From positions 33,046,001 to 33,110,000 of the forward strand of contig OZ116700.1 in NCBI GenBank assembly GCA_964199315.1: a DNA stretch of 64,000 bases, written 5' to 3'. Made by a program: the position numbers and the translations under genes. The stretch is from Orbicella franksi. Taxonomy: Eukaryota. Below the pieces are notes generated by a model. The model worked only from the letters and a program-made list of their open reading frames with translations, ran no database searches and was not told the DNA's origin. This document shows, piece after piece, positions 27,701 to 39,200 of the stretch (positions are counted from its first letter, which is position 1; every line of letters starts with the position of its first letter).

Positions 27701-30163
27701 GGTGGAGTTTGCCCAAAGTTGATTTCTATTGTGGCAGTGTCCCCATACACCAGGACACTGTAGTGTATCTTCCGCGTGCCATACGTGTCGATGATGTAAG
27801 TGATGATGTCTTTCATTAACTTGAAGGTTTCGTTGTGGAGTACGCTCGATGCACTTAACGCAAATCCAAGATCCACCTCGGAGATGGGCGGTAGAACTAG
27901 ACAGGAAATAACTAACATCAAATATGTTTTGGCATGGGAAGTATGATCACACACTTAACAGTTCGGCGCCTTCATTCCTTCTTGGCTAAACGTCTATAAA
28001 TCTCTCCAACTACACTGTCCTGAGTGACCAAAGGGCTGTTCTTTGCGCAGGTGACTTTGGGTGCAATTTTTTTCGAGATTTCCCGTAAGATTTTTGTCGC
28101 ACTTACGACAAAAAATTGAAACCAGCTGCAATTTGAGTGGAAATTGAGCGCGCTATAGCGATAGAATGAATGTACAATGTACAATTTATATACATGACGA
28201 TGTCTTGTCAACAAAGGGTAATCAAAGTTCTGTCGTAAGTTCGAAATCTCTGGCGATATAGCGCTGAAATAAAAAAAAAAAAACGAAAAGCCTTGCACCT
28301 GGATTACACACGCGATTTGGTGTTGCAATCCTAACGCGACAGAATTCGCGGTTGGAATCGAGACAAAAATTTCCCATGAAAAATCGTCCCTGTAAATGGG
28401 GCTGCAACATAGCCTGCCGATCTAGAATTGGGCTGTACAGCCACGGCAGGCGCTGCAACTCAACCACTAACTGAATCATGGCGCAGACTTTCATTGTCTC
28501 CTGAGACAGACGGACGCCAACAAATGGGGCTTGACATATTACGCCCCACCTCAGGTCAGATTTAAGTCACTTATTTCGCTTATGAGAACTCGAGTGACTA
28601 TTTCCAGCACTTGACCAAGCATCTGATTTGTGTTTTTGAGCAGAAGTTGTCCAATGCTTGGCAAAACTATTTATTTACGATATATCTATGATACCTGTAT
28701 TTATTTTCTCCATGATCATCTTAGCTAGCTCGTTAGCCGAGGTGCCAGCAGACGGTTCTATGATGTTCGTCTTGTCTGGAGTGAGATTTTCCAGTTCTTT
28801 CACATCCGCCTCGACACCTATTGCTACTGGAATCACTGCTATCCCAGCTTTCTCCAGGGGCTTGGCAGCTGTTTTTACATCAGATGCATTTGAACCAGAT
28901 TTTTTGTCAGTGATTATAACCAGGACCTAGCAGAAAGAAAATATACTGTATACCAGCCCTAATTTCGTCTGTTCCTATCCGTGGTAAACAAAAAATAGCA
29001 AGGTGGCTAATATCAATACCAGCAGGCTGCTAATCCATCGAAGGCTAACCTAACAAAGATTTCTGTCAGGTTGCAGCAAAATTTCGCATTTATACACCTG
29101 TCAGGTAAGAGAGCCTTCAGTCTGAACGGAAGCCTGGAAGTGGAGAATTAACTCTAAAGTAATTTGAGCCCTAGAAATCACCCAAGGATTTCCTTCCAAG
29201 CATTAGCTTTAGTCAAGAAATAGGGGACCACACAAGGTCATAACGCCTTGTTACCGACGTGGGATTCGAACCCACGATCTACATATTACATCATCGTTGC
29301 TCTACCGACCAAGCTTCTGGGCCAGACGCGAGCAGATTGTGTGTTCATGTACATGTAATAGACCTTTCCCGCATTCCACTTCAGTGCGTACGAACAATAG
29401 CACCAGAGCGAGGTTGGGGTGGACGTTTTTATACATTTGCTGTATTCTTGTCTACCCTGATCTCGACTCGGCGCCATTGATTGTTGGAATTCGGGAAAGG
29501 TCTGTTTCGGTGGAAATTCGTGGTCGGGTAGATGTTAAGGGTACAATTGCGAATGCTATGTTGCGTTACGCCCGTACGGCTTGATCTCGAGTCCATACGC
29601 TGACCATTAAGTCCACCACATTCCAAATACATGCACAGTAGGTACTATACCATTTGATTACCTTACGAGCTTGTGGCCTAGCTCCTTCAAAGAGTTTCCT
29701 GGCTTCCTCAAGGCCTTTATCCAGCGCTACCACCCCTGTTTCCCTGGCGATGTCATCCACAGTCTTTTTCATGTCTTCAAAATCAGACGGCTGGTTTTGG
29801 AAATCAACCCACTTTCTTTGACTCTGGCCATACGTTATGATAGCGTAGTTGATTTTTGACACGCCGTACATATCAGCAAAGGCTGTGATGGTGTCTTTCA
29901 TCAGTTTAAAGTTTGTACTGGCATCTGTGGCTGTAGCACTTAAAGCGAAGGCCAGATCCACCATAGGCACGTCTGGGATTTCTTTGAAGGGATTAACAGA
30001 CAAGCATTAAATCATTCAACTCTCGAGAATGCAAAAATTCTACACAGAAAAAACAAATCAAACCATCCTCATTTTCTGATGTAATAAAAAACAGACAGCA
30101 CCTCAAGAAAAGACGGTTTAATGCATGGGATTTATGTAGCTTTGAAATAACGTTTTTACGTGT

Positions 30164-30200
<37 letters not shown>

Positions 30201-33200
30201 CTGGTTATTTTCATCAGTTACACTATGTCACGAGCTCGTCACGCATAGCATTTGCCAGATTGTTGAAAGGATTTACCAGGACCCAGTTACACACTTGGGG
30301 AACGAGGTTCTCTACGAACAAAGCATTTCAAGCACCTACGACACCATTTGCTACTCTAACATGTGTTTGCAAGAGTTAATATAGGCCAATCTGCCTCGGG
30401 GTCAAAACGAGTCTCCCTGCAAGGCCTTTCATACGAGGACTTTTTTTGAAAAAGAGGCACAAGGTAATTCAGAAATGATCTATTGCATAACAATACGATC
30501 TATCGCAAGCACAGTACCTTTAAAAGCAAGTTCCATAACCTCGACAGCTAAGTTATCAGAGTCCTCAGTCTTCTTGGCACGAATGACATGACGGCCATCT
30601 GTTGCTACATCCTTGAGCTCAGTCACGTCACTCTCACTTCCCAGTGCGATGGCAATAACTTTAATACCCTGGTCTCTAAGCTCTTTTGCTTCAGCCTGTG
30701 CCATCTGCTCATTCCCGGTTGATTTCTTGTCTGTAAACACGACGAGAACTTTGCGCGCATTTGGACGAGCTCCTCCGGAAGCAAAAAGCTGTTCTCCCTG
30801 TGCGAGCCCCTTCTCTAGACTTGATCCACCAGCCGCAGGTGTCACTGATGAAAGATATTGCTTCAAGTCGTCTTCCTTGGCAAAAACTCGCTGGAAATCA
30901 AAGACTGTCTTGGCGTCGTTTCCATACACCACAACACCATACTTAATGCGGCTAATGCTGTACTGGTCAATGATGGAATTGATGACAGATTTCATTTTGG
31001 CAAAATTCTTGCTAGCGTCAGATGCCGAGGCACTCAAAGCGAAACCAAGATCCACCATAGGGACAAACTCCATAGCTAAAATTGACAACAAAACATTTCA
31101 CACGTCAGGCAAAACAAGGGATACACAGTTCACGTGGCTACAACTTTATTATGTCTGCCTTTTCATATTCACGTTTAACCTGTACCCATACAATGAGCAT
31201 AAGCCTATCCTTTTTGTTGAATGTAATATCGCGGTGTCATCATAGCATCGATAGGTGTTCAATGATGATGTTAAATTACAATATTTAGGGAGGAAGCCAC
31301 ATCAGTCTTAGCTGATTTTCATGCAGGTCCTCTATCCTGGTTTAATTGGAATTTGGAGATGTTGGCTTTTGTGGAGGGAGGAAAACCGGAAAACCCGGAG
31401 AAAAACCCTCGGAGCAAGGCGAGAGCCAACGACAAACGCAACCCACATATGGCACAGGGGCGGAATCGAACCCGGGCCACAACGGTAGGAGGCGAACGCT
31501 CTCACCACCAACTGTGTCATTCCTGCTCCCCAAAACAAGTTGTGTGAAATTAAACTTTACTTCAAGTCTGATTCAAAATCGTTTCAACACTTTTACTGTT
31601 GAGGAGAAAAGGCATTACTGACTAATGGTGAGGCAGTGCTGAAAGCATATAGCCCCGCACACATTCAACAACGTTGTTTCAATACATTACAACATTGATT
31701 TAAAACAATGAAATCTCTTGACAAGACCTTTGATTTTAAGACAACCAAACAAACAAAACATGAAACTTACGTTTAACGGCCTCTTTCATGATTCTATCAC
31801 CAAGCTGCTTAGGGCTCTCTTCGGGATCTTCTTCAAGACTGTTATCTTTCATGGGTGATAGTGGACGCAATTCACTCTGATCCGACTCAGTTCCCATGGC
31901 AACCGTGATGACCTTGACACCCATGTCGTGTAGCTCGTCCGCTGTGGGTTGCATCTTAGCTTTGTCGCCAGTCGCTTTGCTGTCAGTCATTATCACCAAT
32001 ACGTTACGGCGTTTAGGAATGTCTCCACTAAACACCTCTTTTGCATTCTCAAGAGCAGCTGGTAAATCCGCTCCACCGCGTACTCGTTGAACCATTTTCA
32101 CGAGATTCTTGAGTTGTTCATCGTTGCTAAAACTCTCGGTCAACTGGATTCGCGACACGGCTGTGCTTCCGTACACAGTCAGTCCGTACTTTATATTCCT
32201 CTGCCCGTAAGAATCAATGATTGAAGTGATGGTGTTGGTCATGCGGTCAAAGTTATCTTTCGCATCTTGCCCATTTGCGTTGATCGCAAACACAAGATTG
32301 AGAGGTTCTATTCCTGTAAAATTAGAAAACATTCGTTTGTGTAAAAAATGCAACGAAAAACATATATTACAGGAATAAAATGCCCCTTATAGTGTGACTC
32401 CTTATGGCGGCGCGGTGGCTCCATGTTTAGTGCGCTCGCTTCCGGATCAAGCGGTCCTGGTTCGAGTCATGGGGCCCGTTTCTCGAAGGTCCCGAAAAGT
32501 TTTCGCACTCGAAAGCCAGCGTAAGGTCTTAAACTTCATGATTTACAGAGCTGTTTTATTCACGTATCCTTAATATGACCAGAGGTTCCCTTCATACAAG
32601 AAGTTTCAGGCGTATATAGATACAGATTATAGATACAGATCTGTTAAGAGATACAGATTAACTAAAAATGGCTTCGCGTGCTCAAAACGTTTCCAGGGCG
32701 TTCGAGAAACGGGCCCCAGGTCGAGGACATTGTGTTGTGTTCGTGGGAAAGAAACTAAACTCTTACAGTGCCTCTCTCTTTACCCAGATGTAGAAATGGG
32801 TACCGGCGAATTTAATGCTGGGGAGTAACCCTGCGATAGACTGGCATCCAATCCAGGGGAAGTAGAAATACTCTTAGTCGCTTCATGCTACATAAACCGC
32901 AATAAGCGCCGGCCTGATGGGCCACTTGGCTCGTATGCAGACTTTACCTTACGGTCTGACTTCAATGCACTACAAAAAAAAAAGTTGTCCAACTTTACCT
33001 TGACACAAGTCCTTGGTGATTTTCTGCAAATTGCCTGCCAGCTGATCAAATGAACCTATCTTCATCACATTGTCAGAGTTTTCCATGGCAATGCTTTTCA
33101 GCTCACTATCAGGAGCTCCTGGTCCGAGACCAACAGCCAACACTTGCACTCCTTTAGTCTGCAGGGTGAAAAGTCCATGTAAGAATACAGAGTGGAAGTA

Positions 33201-36200
33201 ACATAGATTTTGAGCGCAAGCAAGCCGGAAAGAGTTGACATCGCCTTAAATTTCTAGTTTGTAAATTTCAGTTTCAGTTATTTGTTGCAAAACAACGACA
33301 ATTTCTCTTCCAGTTCTGTCGTAAAAATGGACACGAGAGAGCAATCATGGATTTTCCAAATAACAAATAAACACTTTTCACTTAGTGTCGAAGGTAATCC
33401 AGACGTAATCCGGGATTGTTTTGGTTTTGCTTTACTACGCATTGTGATTGGTTTAAAAAAATCTCGCGCCGCCTACTCGACCAATCGCATACAAAACGAA
33501 AACTAATCGCGACTGGTCACTCGCGTTTTCGCGCGCTTTTCGCCGTTTACACATACTTGCTGCGAACTCTTATTACACAAATTCGTTGCTTTGTCTTTGC
33601 TTCTGCTGATCGGCCATTGATAGTAATAATTTTGGTTTTGGTTTTACAACACGCAAGTAAAAACCCGCTTTAAAATACTGAACTACTATTGCCAATTCTA
33701 AGCTGCTGTATTATGAATATTTAGAAACGTCAATGATCCATTATGGAGAAGCCCGGAAAAAATCGAAACGAGGCTCAGCACTTTACCTTCAGAGGCGCTA
33801 AAACTGTTGCATAAGGCATAGAACCTTCACTAGTACTTCCATCAGTGAGGACAATCAAAAACTTTGGCACACCCTTCCTTGCCCCACCCCTCTCAGTAAA
33901 CAGTCTCTCGTTCGCCATTTTAATAGCTTTGTCTGTCCGCGTACGGCCTGGGTCGTATTTCATGTCCATGATCTTTTCTCTCAGAACCTCAGGGTTGTAC
34001 AAAGAGGTATCAGAGAAGTCGAAGTCCAGGATGGCGTCTTCATTGTAGTGAACGAAGCCAAAGTGAGTTCCGTCTTTAGACACATCAAAGTACTCTGTGA
34101 GCTTGGCGAGCGAGCGTTTGACAGTCTCGTAGTTCTTCCACCCAACACTCCGAGATGAATCCACAATTACACCAATGTCCATGGAGTGAACGCAGGCTAG
34201 AAAAAACACAAACTGGATAGTAACACCTCCCAACTCAAAAACGTTTTCCGATTGGAAGAGAAGGTGTCATGGGTCAAACCTCACTAACTCCCTAGGGTGA
34301 CCAAACTCACTAACTCCCTAAGGAAACAACAACTTGAACTTTCGACTCGCACGTGATCAGGTCGAGCACTTTGAAGCTGCGCCAAATTTGTGTCAGCCGG
34401 CATCAAGCGAATAATTTTTTCGCTGTTTTTTTATTATTATTTTTCAGTTGGGGAGTATAACAAAACACTTAATAACTGGCCCCACGGAAAACAGCAAGTT
34501 TTGAACTCACTCTTTCCCTTGGGGCCAGTCATTAAGTGCTTATTGGCTACGACTTAGTACCACTTAGTATCCACGGTACAGTGGGACCCCGACTTACCAG
34601 ATGAAAACAAGACTACTGATGTCGACATCATTTCTCCGTATTTTTATTAATAAGTCTTACCTCCGCAAAGCCCCGTGTCCGACACTGCCACTTCTCTGCT
34701 CTCACGGCAAGCTGTCGCCTTCAAGACACACTCATTAGTGTAATCCCGACCGTCTGTTCCACATACGGGTTCTTCAACCTTTGGGCACTGATTATCGCAC
34801 ACACACTCTGTCCTTCCATCGTTGTACGAAACACACTGGGAATAGTGCTCACATAATTTCTGCTTCTTCTCGCAGGGATCTGAAATAGAGAGGAAGGGAA
34901 AGGGTCACGTGCGTTGATGGCAAAGTTTGTTAGATATTTGCGCCATTACCAAAGAGTTTCTAGGGTAAAAGCTCCTTTGAAACTAACGGCTCGCCAACTT
35001 GAAGGCTCCAACGTAGTAGTACCGCATCTGTTAAAGGCTTTTATAACACAGAACGACTTAATATATCATGACAGGGTTTGTCCAACTTCATTTCCTTAGC
35101 ATAAAGCAAGGAGAACTATTTCCCCTAGCAAACTCGCAACAAATCAGCCATCCGTATTTCCAACAATTAGTCAGGACTTATTCATACAGGTTGTGAGGAC
35201 AAGGGAAAAGGTATTTTAAAGTCTTTGGCAAAGCTCACATTTAAACCACTGAACTTCAAATGCAGTGCACATACTTTCCCTACGACAGCAAGTCCCTGAA
35301 TCATCAAACCAACAAAACAGTAGTGTTAAATTACCTTTTACTATCACTTCGTAAACTTTTGGCACTAACGACGGCAGATCTCTGACGCTGTTAAAATCAA
35401 ACACATATTCATCGCCTGAAGTGAACGTCAACAGTTTCGGTTTGTCTGGAATGTCACCCACAGCCACCGCCACGATCTTGATTCCCTTGCTTATCAAAGG
35501 TGATGCTGCATCGCGCAATGCTGTATCCCCTTCATTAACTCTCTCCCCTGTCAAAACTATCAATCCTTTTATTGCCTGAGGTCTCAGCAGTTTAGGATCG
35601 CCAAACAGCTGGGTCTGAGAACTGCGTAAAGCAACAACCACCGTGCCGCCTCGTGTTAAACGCAGCTTATCTACCTTGTCCTTGAGATTGTCTGTGTCAA
35701 AGTTTTCAAACTTGGCTATAACTGTACCCGAGCCATAGTCAATGATGCCCACGTGAATTCCACGAGTTGAAGTGCCATACGTGTCCAGGAACTGCTTGAT
35801 GAAGTCTTTCTGTTTCTGAAAAGTGCCCGAGGTGATCTGGCCTGCTCCGCCCAAGGCAAACACGAGGTCGACTTGTTTTTCTATACAAGTACAATACAAT
35901 CAGACAAAGTTGTTATTATTGAACACTCTGTGACTGAAATCACACAACTGAAAGCTATTTAATCTTGCTTATATGTGATTGCCTATTACGATATACAAGA
36001 TGTTCTGACTGCCGTCTGTAAAGGAAACCTAATTTTTTTTCCACTCAAACAAAAGCTACGGAGCAGTACTTTCATGCGGTACTGTTTATCATGCTGTACA
36101 AGGTGGTTCTAACTTTCAAGTCTGTGGATGAAACCCTAATGTGCGACCATTCAAATGAAAGCTATTGAGCAGTACTTTCATGTGGTACTGTTTATCATTC

Positions 36201-39200
36201 TGTATAAGGTGGTTCTAACTTTCAAGTCTGTGAATGAAACCCTAGTGTATGACCATTCAATTGAAAGCTATTAAGCACTGCTTTAATGTGGTACTGTTTA
36301 TTACGCTGTGCACTTAGTTGGTTTTAACTTAAGTCTGTGGATGAATACCCTGTCTGTGATCATTTAATAAAACGTATTAAGCAGTACTTAAATTTCGTAT
36401 ATAAAATCCTCTTTCCTGTTGAAAATTAAATTATATTATTCAGCTGAAATATAAACCTTACACTAGCGCACATCATATCAAACACATAACTCACGTATGC
36501 ATAGTCCAGCATGGAGCACCCTGACTTCATGGTATCTCTTACAGGCAGCTGCTGTCAGCTGGCAAATGTTGTCATATGACAAGCCATCAGTGCCGCACAC
36601 ACGATTCCTCGAGTTACCACAAGCAGCCGGGTCGGGACACTTGCATGTGGCAATTCCAGAGGGTGGTACCGTGCAATAAGAGTAGAATTTGCACTCAAGA
36701 CTCTTACAGCTAGGATCTGTACAAAAACAAAACCAGTATTGCGTTTCTTTAACATTAATTATAACATAGATAGGACCCTGCGTGCGCTCTGATTGGTCAA
36801 AACCCATGTTTTATCAGGGTATAAGACATAGAAAAAGCGTGTTTTATTGTTTTTCGCCACATTACCTCTATATCACAAAGCAAATGAAGAAGCCTAAGCC
36901 GTGTATTACACTATGACAAAACACTCCGGACATTTGAGAACACTTGAGAAATGTAGAAAACACGAGCCGCAGGCGAGTGTTTTCTACATTTCCCTCGTGT
37001 TCTCAAATGCCCGTCGTGTTTTATCACAGTGTAATACACGGCTCAGGCTTCTTTATTTGTCAAATAAGTTACTCAATTTATTAATAATTTAAAATAAAAA
37101 GAAACACTTCCTTGTACTGGCCGTAGTAAAGTTAGCGGTTTAAATTCGAGTTCTAATTTGGACTGTATTGACATTTTCAAGCTAAAACCACATTATAAAC
37201 TATCCTTTACTTGTTTTCCGCAATGAAATGTCAGTTTGAAGCAAAGGCAATCACTATTTTCCATTACAACAAACATAAACAAGATAAATTAGTGAAAGCT
37301 CGAAGCAAGTTCAATCCCAAGCGCCAACAAAAACCGTGTGTAGAAATTGACTTAGTATCTAATTGGTTGAGCAGGCGACACCAGTTTAATAAACCAGTTA
37401 CAGACAACGTAAGAAAACCTGAAGACATTATAGACTTTAAATGGGTTTCTTTCAACACTTATTTACGTAAAAAGGCGCTCTTTCTGATTTTGTCAACTTG
37501 TTCAAGGCGTTTTTAGCCACCAAAGGGTGTTTGTAGCTATTAAAGCCACAATTCAGTAACTCTGCAAAAAGGTAAGGCCTGATTTGTTCTGGATCCAGTC
37601 ATATGCCAGTGCTTCAGACCAGTCTCCATGGAAGGAAAAACTGTCTTTGCAACGGACTTAGAGGAAATGTTTTTCAATAAACTTAATCAGAGACTTACCA
37701 GTGATGCATCTTCCTCTGTGTCGAGGTACAATCCACTTCTGTTCCTGACAGGCTGCTAACTCCAGGGCAGCTAAGTTATTATAAGACTTGCCATCTGACC
37801 CACAAACTGGGCTGATAACATCACTGGTCACTGGGCTACACTCGCACTTTGGGACGTCACTTTTGACACATTTTGAGTAGAAATGACAGCGTTTCCATCC
37901 ACAAGTGTTCAAATCTGAGAGTAAAAAAGTAAATTCAGTAAACAAGAAAACAGACACCCATTCTTTGCCTGTTGGATTCTTGCCACATTCAAGAGATGTT
38001 TGAGAACCAACTCAAAAAATTCAAAAGCATGATGTTGCTCTAAACAGATACATGTGTAAGCTATCTTTGATTGGCTCTTTTTGCATCCAATGACAACCAA
38101 TCAGCGCATCATGCAGATTTCAGTTGTAATCATACAGCCATACACTGTGGAAAAAATATTCTTTAAGCAGATACTTCCTAACAAAAACACCTTCTTAAAG
38201 CTTAAAATTTCCGCAAAGCAGATGCCACCTCTACAAAGACATCCCTAATAAAGACATCTCTATATAGCAGTGAAATCCCAGAAGCAGAGATTTTCAATCA
38301 GCAGATAACTTCCCTAAGCCTGACCTGTTCTGAGGTTTTCTACCTACTGTAGAGACCTTTCTTAAATGGACACCTCCCCTAAGTCGACACCTCCCCAAAT
38401 GAGCAACTCCCTTATCTATAAAAACCACAATATACTTAATCACAATTAGCCTGATTCCTTACTTCAAACAGTGTTCTGTATTAGTTACATGTACCTTGCA
38501 GAATTTTGTTGACTGTTGGTTGCACCATCACCTTTAGCCGATCAGGTGACCCTACAGCCAAAATGAAGTCCATTTGTGAGGCTAGTGGTTTCACATTCTC
38601 TAAGCCTTTGTCAGCATCACCAACGAGAACAACTACAACTTTAACCCCTGCCTCCCTCAATGATTTAGCAATGACTGCAAGGCCTTGGGGGTAGGACACA
38701 CTACTTCCATCTGTGATAAGTACAACTGCCTGAGGAACAAGATTAAAATGAGAACTGGTTGAAAACTGGAATGGGAATTTAAGATGATAGGTGGATAGAC
38801 AGACAGACAGACAGACCTATAAACTTACAGAGGCACTGAGGAATGGAAAGATAAATAGATAGGCAGGCAGAGCAATGGATAAAGGGACAGAAAACAGAAG
38901 GAAGAAGTGATTGACATGTTAATTAAGTCATCATCATCATTACTATTATTATATCAATAGATGGATGGACAGACAGACAGACAGAAAGCACACAGACACA
39001 AGGAGATGTGAAGGTGAAGCTTGGGGCCTCAAGTATAAAGGAGGTTTTTGTCTGCAAATAAACTATCTATTAAACTATCTATTTTTTGTCTTATCGCTCT
39101 ACACGTGCATATAAAAAACATGGTATCACACCTTAGGGTACTGACTGTCTCTTAGCCTGCTGTCATACTCCAGACTATATAACAGACCAGGTACAGAATC

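Noticed and set aside
42-32313. Reading the vWA ORFs as a cluster of separate single-domain genes
   Set aside because: They lack signal peptides and true starts. Each is bounded by AG and GT at homologous positions in phase 1, and the ORF ends are read-through into introns.
107-33900. Many plus-strand ORFs (for example 107-466, 2565-3011, 12114-12473, 20773-21177, 30613-31245)
   Set aside because: They are antisense shadows of the vWA exons: Ser/Thr-rich, confined to the exon spans, and without splice signals or domain motifs.
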